From contig CBDCTZ010000014.1 in the NCBI GenBank assembly GCA_965222375.1, positions 704,001 through 768,000 of the forward strand: DNA of 64,000 bases, written 5' to 3'. This stretch comes from Polyangiaceae bacterium. Its GTDB lineage: Bacteria > Myxococcota_A > Polyangia > Polyangiales > Polyangiaceae. The notes under the pieces were generated by a model. The model worked only from the letters and a program-made list of their open reading frames with translations, was not told the origin of the DNA and did no database searches. Below are positions 50,500 through 59,534 of this stretch, in pieces; the first letter of the stretch is position 1, and each line of letters starts with the position of its first letter. The position numbers were made by a program, and so were the translations under genes.

Positions 50500-51711
50500 G
50501 TGCGCACGGATCTGACTCGCTTCTGCGTGCCCTGCGGTTTCCGACTGCCGAGCCAGACCCAAGCGTGCCCGCGGTGCGCCGAGCAAACCCTCGAGCGCTT
50601 GCCCGCGGCCGCCGAGCCGAAGACCAAGTGGGTCGGCAAGATCGAAGCGTGGCGGCTCTTGGTCACATGGTGGCCGGCGGTGCTCGTGTATGTGCTCAGC
50701 GTGGCAGGTGCGGTGCACCTGGTGTTCTTTCAGACCCCGGGTGCCGAGGGCACGACCCTGCACGCCTGGGTCATTGGCGCGGGGTTGATGGGCGGTTTCT
50801 TGGGTGTCGCCATCATCTTGGGGCTGATCTGGGCGGCTTGGGCCGTTTTCATCACGCTGACGTTCTTCTTCGTTCCGCGAGAAACGACCGCGCCCCAATG
50901 GCTGGCGGTCGCTTCGCCACAGCGCGCAGTCAGTTCGACCAAACGCGCCACCGACCGTTTCGCGGCTTGGATCGATCGGCTGGGTTGGCGAAGCGCCGTG
51001 CTGCCTCTGCTGGTGTGGCTCGGGATCGAGCTGTTGGCTCAACTCGTGAGCGATCCCGGTTGGTTTGTCCGCGGCTCGCTCAAGGACGTCGCGGTCATGT
51101 GTCTGCTCGTGGCCGGCGGCACGATCGTTTCGTGGGCGCTTCTGGCGCCGGGCATCGGCTTTGCTCTCGGGCTGCTGTCAAAACTGCTGCTCGACCTGGA
51201 ACGAAACCACGCGAACCTGCGCCTGCTGGGGCACGCGGCCCCGGAGCGGCCAGAGAGCAAGCCCGCCACGGACGGCGTGGTCGCGGAAGGTGTCACCTGC
51301 ATCGCTCCGATTTCCGGATCGCCCTGCGCTGGCTTCCGGCTCACCGGAGAGGTGGACGGCTTTCAGATCGACGACGCCTGGTTGTCGGACTTCGTGATCG
51401 AGTCCGCTGACCAGACCGCTCGGGTTGCGACCCAGGGCGCGCGGCTCATCGCAGCGACCAAGGCGCCCGAAGAGCTGGACTTGGACTTGGACCAGAAGTG
51501 GCGGCTGACCGAGTGCCTGTCCACCCGTGGCCTGCCCAGCGCCGATTCGGTCCGGCTCGCGGAAACCCGCATCGAGGTCGGAGCGTCCGTGCGCGTCTGG
51601 GGCGAAGAAGGCGAAGAGAAGGCGGACGCCTCTGCCGGCTATCGCGAACGGGCGCGTCGCACCGTGATCGAGGCGAGTTCGGAGCGTCCGTTGGTCATCG
51701 CGCTGGACTGA
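50500..51711 (+). CDS. Hypothetical membrane protein with N-terminal Zn-ribbon
   Basis: CVPCG...CPRC and several TM segments. Confidence 0.65.
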   Translation: MRTDLTRFCVPCGFRLPSQTQACPRCAEQTLERLPAAAEPKTKWVGKIEAWRLLVTWWPAVLVYVLSVAGAVHLVFFQTPGAEGTTLHAWVIGAGLMGGFLGVAIILGLIWAAWAVFITLTFFFVPRETTAPQWLAVASPQRAVSSTKRATDRFAAWIDRLGWRSAVLPLLVWLGIELLAQLVSDPGWFVRGSLKDVAVMCLLVAGGTIVSWALLAPGIGFALGLLSKLLLDLERNHANLRLLGHAAPERPESKPATDGVVAEGVTCIAPISGSPCAGFRLTGEVDGFQIDDAWLSDFVIESADQTARVATQGARLIAATKAPEELDLDLDQKWRLTECLSTRGLPSADSVRLAETRIEVGASVRVWGEEGEEKADASAGYRERARRTVIEASSERPLVIALD

Positions 51712-51794
51712 GCGCAGGCCCCCGCCATCATGCTAGCGTCCGTTGGTCATCGCGCTGGACTGAGCGCAGGCCCCCGCCATCATGCTAGCGTCCG
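51683..51794. repeat. Perfect 52-bp tandem duplication upstream of DAHP synthase
   Basis: AGCGTCCGTTGGTCATCGCGCTGGACTGAGCGCAGGCCCCCGCCATCATGCT x2 + AGCGTCCG. Confidence 0.93.
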
Positions 51795-51800
51795 CCGGTC

Positions 51801-52904
51801 ATGATCATCACCCTCGCCCCGGATGCTGGCGCAGACGTAGAGAAAGCCGTGGAGCGGCTCGCCCTGCGCCACGAGGGCATCACCCCTAGGCGCCATGCGT
51901 TCGAAGGCTCTCGAGAAACGATCACGGAAATCCACCTGGTCGGCCAAACCAGACAAGTGCCTACGGAGGTATTCGAAGCCATCCCGGGCGTGTTGCGCGT
52001 GGTACGGGTTTCCACCAAGTACCGCCTGATCGGTCGCCACGACAACGTCGTCGAGACGAGCGGTTTCGAATACTGCGGCGTGAAGTTCGATGACAGCAGC
52101 GTCAACATCTTTGCGGGGCTGTGCGCTGTGGACACGCGCAAGCATGTCGACACCATGATGGCCGCACTGGCATCCGTTGGCCTGCGCACGACCCGCATGG
52201 GCGCCTACAAGCCGCGCACCAGCCCCTACGATTTCCAAGGCTTGGGCAAAGAGTGTCTGCCCTGGGTCTTCGAGTCCGCTGGCAAACATAAGATCCAAGT
52301 GATCAGCATGGAGGTCACGGACGCGCGCCACGTCGACGAGATCCGTGACGCCTTGGAATCCGCAGGCAACCCCACTGGGGTGATGCTTCAGGTTGGAACC
52401 CGCAACGCACAGAACTTCGAGTTGCTCAAGCAAGTGGGGCAGCAGAAGCGTTTCCCGGTGTTGTTCAAGCGCGGCATGGGCATCACCCTGGAAGAGTCCC
52501 TCAACGCCTGCGAGTACATTGCCAGCGAGGGCAACCCCAACATCGTATTTTGCCTGCGCGGCGTGAAAACTCACCTCGGAGACCCGCATCGCAACCTGGT
52601 CGACTTTGGACACGTTCCCGTGGTGCGACGCCTCACCCGACTACCCGTGTGCATCGACCCGTCCCATTCGGTTGGGCGTAGAGATGCCGGTCCTGATGGA
52701 GTGCCGGACATCGTGCACGTCATCAGTCAGGGCCTGATTGCCGGCGCGACCCAGGTGTTGGTGGACTTCCACCCCGAGCCCAGCGAGGCCCTCTGCGATG
52801 GTCCCCAGGCGCTATTGCCCTCGGATCTCGTGCGCCTGCTCGATCACTGCAAGCGCGTACGCGCTGCCAGTGAAGAGCTGTCTCGGGCTTGGACTGCGAG
52901 CTGA
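51801..52904 (+). CDS. aroF: 3-deoxy-7-phosphoheptulonate (DAHP) synthase, type I-beta
   Basis: AGLCAV, GAYKPRTSPYDFQGLG, QVGTRNAQNF, FKRG, DPSH. Confidence 0.92.
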   Translation: MIITLAPDAGADVEKAVERLALRHEGITPRRHAFEGSRETITEIHLVGQTRQVPTEVFEAIPGVLRVVRVSTKYRLIGRHDNVVETSGFEYCGVKFDDSSVNIFAGLCAVDTRKHVDTMMAALASVGLRTTRMGAYKPRTSPYDFQGLGKECLPWVFESAGKHKIQVISMEVTDARHVDEIRDALESAGNPTGVMLQVGTRNAQNFELLKQVGQQKRFPVLFKRGMGITLEESLNACEYIASEGNPNIVFCLRGVKTHLGDPHRNLVDFGHVPVVRRLTRLPVCIDPSHSVGRRDAGPDGVPDIVHVISQGLIAGATQVLVDFHPEPSEALCDGPQALLPSDLVRLLDHCKRVRAASEELSRAWTAS

Positions 52905-52905
52905 G

Positions 52906-54051
52906 TCAGGGCCGCGGCAGCCGCACTCGGACCAGATCGCGCCCGCCGTTGTGGTTTTCCCTGCCCGTGAACAGCACCTCGGGATGCCCAGGCACGATCA
53001 CAGGGATGGTGTACTGCGTGCTGTCCTTCACGAGCACGGTCGCCTTCCCGCTGGTCACATCCACCCGGACGAGTTGGGGGACCGCGGCGCGCTTGCGCGT
53101 CCTCCAGTTTTCGTACAGCAGCACGTGCCGCTCGGTCTGAAAGACGACGTCCTTGAAGGGCGTGTCTCGAAGCACGACTCGGCTCTTGCCCGTGGCGAAA
53201 TCGAATACGTGCAGTGCGGTCTTCTTGCCCTGCCTCTTGAAGTACGCGAAGCGTTTGCCCGACGGCGAATAGGGCGGATGACCCGAGTGGCCGAGGAATA
53301 GCCCGCGCCCAAGATGGTGCGTGCGTCCCGACGCCAGCTGCAGGCAGCGCAATCCGGCTCGCTGCCCGAAGCACACCCGGTCGCGGGTCGGCGAGACCAA
53401 CAGGCCTCCCAGCCCTCGTTCGGCCTTGCCGGCGCGATACAGGGTCTTCGTTCGACCCGTGGCGAGTTGCCAAAGGCTCAGCTCCCGGCACTCGGAGCGC
53501 TCGCGTCGAAAGCGCTCCTGACAACTCAGCACGCCGTCTCGCTGGCTCGCCGTCGCGAGCGGCGCGAGCAATGCAGGCGCCTGGTGGCCGATCAAGGGCA
53601 CGACGCTCGCGCGCTTGGACAACTTGACCAGGCTCTTGCCAGCGCAGAACACCCAGCGCCCGCCCTTGATGTGGCACAGACGCCCTCGGGCATCGAAGGA
53701 GAAATCACTGACCCGACCCACCACCTTGCGTACAGCGCGCCCCGTCGCCAAGTCGAATACGAACACCCCTGCCGCCGATGAGAACGCCAGGGACTTGCCA
53801 TCCAGAGACCAACGGATCGGGTAGCCCGTTGCGTATTCTTCGGGAAACACTCGGCGCGTCTTCTTCGCTGCCGTGGAGTAGAGATTCAGCGCGCCGTCTT
53901 GGCTGAAGTAGGCAACGTGTTCCCCGTTGGGTGCCGCGCTGGCGTGCGTGACGGCGCCCCGAAGCATGGTCACGTTTCGGGGCAGCGCTGTCGCGGATGT
54001 TGCGCTGAACAACAGGGCGCAGGCCAGAGCTGTGGGAAGTAGGCGCCGCAT
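52906..54051 (-). CDS. Secreted TolB-like beta-propeller protein
   Basis: Signal peptide. PD40-like WSLDGKSLAF and YSPSGKRFAY. Confidence 0.7.
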   Translation of the reverse strand: MRRLLPTALACALLFSATSATALPRNVTMLRGAVTHASAAPNGEHVAYFSQDGALNLYSTAAKKTRRVFPEEYATGYPIRWSLDGKSLAFSSAAGVFVFDLATGRAVRKVVGRVSDFSFDARGRLCHIKGGRWVFCAGKSLVKLSKRASVVPLIGHQAPALLAPLATASQRDGVLSCQERFRRERSECRELSLWQLATGRTKTLYRAGKAERGLGGLLVSPTRDRVCFGQRAGLRCLQLASGRTHHLGRGLFLGHSGHPPYSPSGKRFAYFKRQGKKTALHVFDFATGKSRVVLRDTPFKDVVFQTERHVLLYENWRTRKRAAVPQLVRVDVTSGKATVLVKDSTQYTIPVIVPGHPEVLFTGRENHNGGRDLVRVRLPRP

Positions 54052-54063
54052 CGCAGATCTCCG

Positions 54064-55596
54064 TCAGCGCACCGGGACGGGTCGTGGGCTCGGGGTGCCA
54101 TCCCGCCGGAAGTAGCGCCAGCCCGGGGCTTTCTTGCCGGCGGCGTAGTTGCCCTGCGCCGCCAACTGTCCGTTCTTGTGCCAGAAAGAAAACGCGCCGT
54201 GCTTGCGTCCCTGATTGTCGTAGCTGCCCCTCATCTTTGCTTTGCCACTCATGTGGTTTTCACGCCAGCTGCCGACGCGCCTCGCTGAGCGGTATTTGCC
54301 GGATAGCTTCAAGCGGCCGTTTCGCCACCACTGGCGGTAGTCACCCTCCAGCTGACCGCTGCTGTAGCCCGCTTCGACCAGCCGCGTACCGCTGTCGTGC
54401 CATTGCCGCATCTGCCCATGGACGCGGTCGCCGCGGTAGGTCGCGTCCAGGCGCAGCCTTCCACTGGGCAGCCACTCTCGGCTGCGCCCTTGTCGCTTTC
54501 CGCGCACGAAATGGTCCTCTTTGAAGCGCTTGCCGTTGTCATGGAAACGCAGCGACGTGCCGTGCTTTCTTCCGCGCAGGTATTCACTCCGCTCCTGCAA
54601 CTTGCCGTTTGCGTACCAGAGCTTGAAGGAACCCTCGCGCAGCCCCTTTTCATGCTGGGCCTCGGATTGCTTCTGGCCGCTTTCGAACCAGCTCCGCCAC
54701 AACCCAGTTCGGCGTCCGGCCGCGTTCCTTCCGCGCTCCTGGATCTTGCCGCTGGCGTAGAAACGCTTTTCCAACCCCTCCGCTCGCCCGTCCTTGTATT
54801 CAGCGACGTAGGCCAGCTTACCGTCGTCGTACCACTTGCGCTGTTTGCCGTGCAGACGCCCGGCTCGGTATCGCCACTCGGCGCGTTTGGCGCCGTCGGG
54901 GTAGCGCTCGATCTTGATCGGAGGCGCTGCGGGCAATGCCACTCGGGCGCCGCATCCGCCGGTGGGTTTGAAGTCGCGATAGGCGCCGCCGACGATCAGG
55001 TAGATGAGCGCGCTGCCGAAGGCGTCGCCAAAGCCCGCTACGGGCTTCTTGCGATTCTCGGCGCAGGCCGCGTTGAGCAGCCGTACGACCTCTCGCCGGC
55101 GCGCATTGAGTGGGCGCGGTCCCGAGCCCCGCGGCGACAGCACGTAGTCGGCTTGTGCCAGGGAGATTCCTGCGACGAAGAGCATTGCCGGATCTCGGCT
55201 GCCCTTCACGGACCGGGTGATATGGCGACTGCCACTTCGAGCCAAGTCCGGGCGACCCTTCGCGCCGCGCATGGATGCGTGGATCTCGGACAGACCCACA
55301 TCGAAGCGTCGCCACTTGTCCTTCGGCTTCTTCGCCAGCCGCTGGCGCAAGAACTGAGTCGGCCCGAGGCCCCGCGCATCGCGCTGCGTCATGCCGATGA
55401 TGGCAAAGTGGTGGAACGCATTGCGATCCGTGAGCAGCTGCAAGAAGGTTTCCTGCTCCGGGCGCAGCGTGGTCGGGACCGACACGCTGTTGAAGAAGGA
55501 ATCCGCGCGGGCTGGCGACGCGAGCAGGCAGGTGGCGCCGATGGTCGCCGACAGCAGCAGTGCGCTGCCAAGTGCGCGCAGGCCCGAAACCCTCAC
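54064..55596 (-). CDS. Secreted protein with YwqK/MORN-variant repeats (start uncertain)
   Basis: About 11 repeats of GxxxGxxxxWYxxG in the C-terminal half and a signal-like N-terminus. Confidence 0.8.
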   Translation of the reverse strand: MRVSGLRALGSALLLSATIGATCLLASPARADSFFNSVSVPTTLRPEQETFLQLLTDRNAFHHFAIIGMTQRDARGLGPTQFLRQRLAKKPKDKWRRFDVGLSEIHASMRGAKGRPDLARSGSRHITRSVKGSRDPAMLFVAGISLAQADYVLSPRGSGPRPLNARRREVVRLLNAACAENRKKPVAGFGDAFGSALIYLIVGGAYRDFKPTGGCGARVALPAAPPIKIERYPDGAKRAEWRYRAGRLHGKQRKWYDDGKLAYVAEYKDGRAEGLEKRFYASGKIQERGRNAAGRRTGLWRSWFESGQKQSEAQHEKGLREGSFKLWYANGKLQERSEYLRGRKHGTSLRFHDNGKRFKEDHFVRGKRQGRSREWLPSGRLRLDATYRGDRVHGQMRQWHDSGTRLVEAGYSSGQLEGDYRQWWRNGRLKLSGKYRSARRVGSWRENHMSGKAKMRGSYDNQGRKHGAFSFWHKNGQLAAQGNYAAGKKAPGWRYFRRDGTPSPRPVPVR

Positions 55597-55697
55597 CAGA
55601 CCACGTACGCTGAGCCGCTCCGGGTTCTTCCGCAAAAACCGCCACGTGCGGCTCGACGGCTGCAAATCGGCGAGCTTTGGCGGACCCGCTCCAGGGA

Positions 55698-55866
55698 GGC
55701 CTGAGTCGAGAGTAGGGGCCCAATGTGCACCAGTGCTCGACCCCAACCCAACCCAATCAACGGCAGCTAAGCACGGGAATGCAAGGGTTGCTGCGGCCAG
55801 GCAGAGTCATTGGTTTTGGGGGTCGGTTCACTGGGCCACGCTGGGTAACTACTCTCGACTTGGGCC
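55698..55866. repeat. ~170-bp element with ~55-bp imperfect inverted arms (MITE/REPIN-like)
   Basis: GGCCTGAGTCGAGAGTAG... pairs with ...CTACTCTCGACTTGGGCC. Confidence 0.8.
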
Positions 55867-55892
55867 ACCGAGGGCCGCTTGCACGGCGACGG

Positions 55893-56633
55893 TTACGCCG
55901 CGGACTCCCGCGAGAGCCACTGCTCCAGGTCGTCCGCGCCGCCGATGTGCGCTCCGTTCACGAAGACCTGAGGCGTTGTGACGCGTCCGCTCAGTGCTTG
56001 CAGAGCACCTGGCCGCACGCTCTCGCCGAGCACGATCTCCTCGTAGGGCATGTTCTGCAATGAGAGCAGCTCCTTGGCCCGAGCGCAGTGGGGGCAGCCC
56101 GGACGCGTGATGATGGCTACCGGTGCCGACAGCTTGGCGCCCGGGGCGATGGCGCGCAGCATGGTGTCCGCGTCGGACACCTCGAAGGGGTCGCCGTCCT
56201 TCTCGGGCTCGATGAATAGCTCTTTCACCACACCGTCATCCACGAACATGGAGTAGCGCCAAGAGCGCTTGCCGAAGCCGATCGCGGACTTGTCGACCAA
56301 CAGGCCCAGGGCCTCGGTGAGGGAGCCATTGCCATCTGGAAGCAGGCGCACGTGCTGCAAGCTCTGCGCCTTTCCCCAGGCCTCCATCACGAAAGCGTCA
56401 TTGACGGAGACACATAGGATCTCGTCGACGCCGTGTTGCTTGAAGATCGGCGCGAGCTCTTCATAGCGAGGTAGGTGGGTCGACGAACAGGTCGGAGTGA
56501 ACGCGCCCGGCAGCGAGAACACGACGACCTTGCGGCCGAGGAATATCTCGTCGGTCTCCAGGCGCGTGAAGCGCCCGTCTTCGCGTACAGCTAGAACCAC
56601 ATTCGGAATCTTGGTGCCTTTTTGAATCTTCAT
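55893..56633 (-). CDS. Hybrid peroxiredoxin-glutaredoxin (Prx5-Grx)
   Basis: PGAFTPTCSSTHLP, RSWRYSM, CPHC, TTPQVF. Confidence 0.95.
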   Translation of the reverse strand: MKIQKGTKIPNVVLAVREDGRFTRLETDEIFLGRKVVVFSLPGAFTPTCSSTHLPRYEELAPIFKQHGVDEILCVSVNDAFVMEAWGKAQSLQHVRLLPDGNGSLTEALGLLVDKSAIGFGKRSWRYSMFVDDGVVKELFIEPEKDGDPFEVSDADTMLRAIAPGAKLSAPVAIITRPGCPHCARAKELLSLQNMPYEEIVLGESVRPGALQALSGRVTTPQVFVNGAHIGGADDLEQWLSRESAA

Positions 56634-56657
56634 GCCCAGGAAGATGGGGCCGGCACT

Positions 56658-56707
56658 CGATAAGGTCCAATCGAAGCTTCGGACCTGGCGATAAGTTCAG
56701 CTTATCG
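56658..56707. promoter_or_regulatory. LysR/OxyR-like binding site upstream of Prx-Grx
   Basis: CGATAAG-TTCAG-CTTATCG palindrome (ATAA-N7-TTAT) plus a second CGATAAG 31 bp away. Confidence 0.5.
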
Positions 56708-57523
56708 GGCGGGCGCGGGCGCCGACAGCCAGCTCGGGCCGCCCAGCAGGCCCACGATTCGACCCGAGATCTCCCCCCAAATCGCGGCGGATAGCACCCA
56801 CCACAAGGCGATCCACACCGGGACGCCCCAGATCCATCCCAAGTGATAGGCGTGCAGCTGCCCCACCTGGATGTAGAGCACTTCGACCGCAGGCCCTAGC
56901 GTTCCGAAGACGGCCAGCACCGCGAGGCGGCGCGCATCGGGTCGCAGCAGGATCAGCAGACCGACGATGCCCAACGCAAAGGGCAGCCAGGAGAAAACCG
57001 GATCCAGGTAGAGCCGATAGATGGTCTGGCGCGTGATTATGACCAGCGCGAGCATGACGCCGATGCGCACGCCAACGTGCCGCGTCACGTGGCGACCCAA
57101 ATGCACGGCGTTGCTTGCGGGCGACAGCCGCAGTCGCGACCAGCGGAAGAGCGAGGAGACCAAGCGCAAGATCAGGCCCCAGTACAGCAGCATCCAGATC
57201 GGAACACGGCTCAGCTCTGGGAAGTACACGGGCACCGTGTAGTCGTAGATGCGATGGCGCGTGACGCTGTTCCAGTCGTTCACCGCCCCGAGCAACGTGC
57301 ACATTGAGCAGAAGACGAGCTCGCCGAGCAAGGACAGATCCCGCTGCTCCCGGGGCAAGCGAGCAAACACCACCAGGCGCAGGGCCAGCACTGCGCCGAC
57401 TCCAAGCGTCATCACGCTCAGGCGCTGGCTCCACAGGCAGATCCCGACGCTGATCAGCGCGACGCTGGCCAGGTCGAGAGCAAAGCCGCGATCCGAAACC
57501 CGTGGCTGCGACAAGTTGTTCAT
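56702..57523 (-). CDS. Polytopic membrane protein with internal duplication (DUF2878-like)
   Basis: Two similar halves (G..ND...Y.Y...VPIW and GP..E...Y...GVPVW). Confidence 0.6.
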   Translation of the reverse strand: MNNLSQPRVSDRGFALDLASVALISVGICLWSQRLSVMTLGVGAVLALRLVVFARLPREQRDLSLLGELVFCSMCTLLGAVNDWNSVTRHRIYDYTVPVYFPELSRVPIWMLLYWGLILRLVSSLFRWSRLRLSPASNAVHLGRHVTRHVGVRIGVMLALVIITRQTIYRLYLDPVFSWLPFALGIVGLLILLRPDARRLAVLAVFGTLGPAVEVLYIQVGQLHAYHLGWIWGVPVWIALWWVLSAAIWGEISGRIVGLLGGPSWLSAPAPAR

Positions 57524-58827
57524 CCGCTGCGCCGCACGAAATCCGCTGCCTCGCGCAGCAGGGACAGGGGGTGCTCAACGCCATGGGCGTAAGCGTCGGT
57601 GGTGTAGTTCTGGGCCCAGTTGCAATTGGCGCCGCATTGATTCTTGGCGGGGCCGTGGAAACCCGTTGGTGAGATGACGCGCGTGGCGTGCGCATACAGC
57701 TCATCGACGTTGTCGAAGTCCAGAACGCTCACGTATTCGGGTTTCGTGTTGACTGCGGCCTTGCAAGGCCAGGCCAGGCGCCCGTCATGGTCCACGTGGG
57801 GCTTGAGAGTATTGCGGCAATGCAGAGGAGCGGCGCTGAGCAGTCGTTGGTTCATGCGCAGGGAGCCCGCGATCCGCTGCCCCTCGCGCTTGCGCTGCAA
57901 GATCGTGGCTACGAGCTGCGCGTACTCGGGGTCTTGTCGCACCCGAGCATCGATGCGTGGGCCGCAGTTCTGGGGCACGGGGCAGAACGCGATCCCGAGA
58001 TCGTCGGCCAGGTCGAGCACGGCTCGCGCCTCGCGGATCAGACCGGGCTGAATCACCGTGTTGACCATCAGCTTGAAACCCAGGTGCGGGGCCAGCTCTC
58101 GGAGGAGCAATAAGTTGCGGATCACGTCCTCGGGTCGCGGTGTCACCCAGAGTCGCTCCAGGGTCTTCAAGTGCAGCGCGTCGAGGCTGACCACCAATAC
58201 GTCTAGATCTGACAAGAAGCCGCTCCACTCGGGCTTTTGGAGCAGTTTGTGGAACAGGCTCCCGTTGGTGTTCAACACGACGGGGAAGAAGTCGAGATCC
58301 CGCGCTGCCCGAGTAAGCTCGGGCAAGTCCTTACGCAAGGTCGGTTCGCCGCCCGCGAAATACACGCTGGGGCAGCGCGAGCGCATGATCTGAAGCAGGC
58401 GCTTACCCTGCGCGGTCGTCAGCTTGCCCTTGCCGCTCAGCTCTGGGTACTTCGCGCCCTGGTGGTCGTCGCAATACGTGCAGCGGAAGTTGCACGGGCG
58501 CAGGGTGGTCCAGATGAAGTAGAGCGGCAGCAGGTCCTCGCGCCCAGCCCGGGTGCGGCTCCGGTTTTCGACGTAGTTTTCCGCAGCCGTTTTCCAGGCG
58601 CTCAGCCGACGCTTGGTCTCTCGGCGGCGGCTTTGCCTTGGACTGAGCTGGGTGAGCAACCTGCGCGCCTGGTGTCGGGCCTCGCGTTGTAGCCGGGGCC
58701 AATCCGGGTGCCCTGGCGCGGGCTTGTAGCGACGAAACTCTGGCAGACTCTCGGGGGGCGCGCTTTCGTCCGTGCGCGGGCGCCCGACACGGGCGCTGCT
58801 TCGCAGAGGAATGGGAGTGGTTTGCAT
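57520..58827 (-). CDS. Radical SAM protein
   Basis: CNFRCTYC, FAGGEP, NTNG, extra C-terminal Cys residues. Confidence 0.92.
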   Translation of the reverse strand: MQTTPIPLRSSARVGRPRTDESAPPESLPEFRRYKPAPGHPDWPRLQREARHQARRLLTQLSPRQSRRRETKRRLSAWKTAAENYVENRSRTRAGREDLLPLYFIWTTLRPCNFRCTYCDDHQGAKYPELSGKGKLTTAQGKRLLQIMRSRCPSVYFAGGEPTLRKDLPELTRAARDLDFFPVVLNTNGSLFHKLLQKPEWSGFLSDLDVLVVSLDALHLKTLERLWVTPRPEDVIRNLLLLRELAPHLGFKLMVNTVIQPGLIREARAVLDLADDLGIAFCPVPQNCGPRIDARVRQDPEYAQLVATILQRKREGQRIAGSLRMNQRLLSAAPLHCRNTLKPHVDHDGRLAWPCKAAVNTKPEYVSVLDFDNVDELYAHATRVISPTGFHGPAKNQCGANCNWAQNYTTDAYAHGVEHPLSLLREAADFVRRSG

Positions 58828-58838
58828 GACGCTTCCTT

Positions 58839-59474
58839 TCAAGAAGGGCGGGACAGGGTTGGGAAGGCAGCGCCCAGAGCGCCGACGGACAGCATCGCCA
58901 GGACCTCGACCGCTCGCGTACGGCTCACCTTGCCGAACAGGTATTGCAGGCCGACTCGCGTCCACATGCCCAGCAGCGCCTGCGCCAACAACTCCGCGTC
59001 CGGTAGCGAGCGCCCCAACTGCTCGGCCACAGCCGCCAGTCGCGTTGCGAGCATCGCCGCCACTTGCGGGTTGATGCCGTCGCGCAGGGATTCGATGTTG
59101 CCGTCCATGCCGGCGCGCTGGGCAAAAGCAAGCACCAGGCCCCGCTCCGCGTGCCAATGGTCCAGGCAGATCTCGGCGAGCTTGGCCGCTGTCCGGTGCG
59201 GGTTCTCAGCCGAGTCGGGTTTCCAGGCCCGCTCCAGCTTGGAAACCAGGCCCTGGTTGAACTGGAGCAGGAGCTCGTCGAGCAGCTCCTCCTTGCTCGC
59301 GAAGTGCACGTAGAAGGTGCCGTGAGCAACTCCGGCGGCCTTGGCGATGTCGCCCACCTGGGTGCTCGCGAAGCCCTTCTTGGAGAAGAGCTCGCGGGCT
59401 CGGGAGCGCAGCTGGCTGCGAGTTCGCTGTTTTTTCTCGGCTCTGGTAAGAACTACGGCACTGGGCGACATCAA
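58839..59474 (-). CDS. TetR/AcrR family transcriptional regulator
   Basis: GFASTQVGDIAKAAGVAHGTFYVHFASKEEL. Confidence 0.95.
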   Translation of the reverse strand: MMSPSAVVLTRAEKKQRTRSQLRSRARELFSKKGFASTQVGDIAKAAGVAHGTFYVHFASKEELLDELLLQFNQGLVSKLERAWKPDSAENPHRTAAKLAEICLDHWHAERGLVLAFAQRAGMDGNIESLRDGINPQVAAMLATRLAAVAEQLGRSLPDAELLAQALLGMWTRVGLQYLFGKVSRTRAVEVLAMLSVGALGAAFPTLSRPS

Positions 59475-59520
59475 GTCACTGATAGTAATTCAGTGACTTG
59501 ATGTCAATGACTTAGAGTCA
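59466..59520. promoter_or_regulatory. Three (T)GAC-N5-GTCA boxes, two of them forming a 16-bp perfect inverted repeat; likely TetR operators
   Basis: GACATCAAGTCACTGA-N7-TCAGTGACTTGATGTC, then TGACTTAGAGTCA. Confidence 0.75.
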
Positions 59521-59534
59521 GTTAACGAAGTGAG

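Noticed and set aside
54064..55596. Toxin-antitoxin system implied by YwqK-type repeats
   Set aside because: No recognisable toxin gene is adjacent, and MORN-variant repeats are a generic scaffold.
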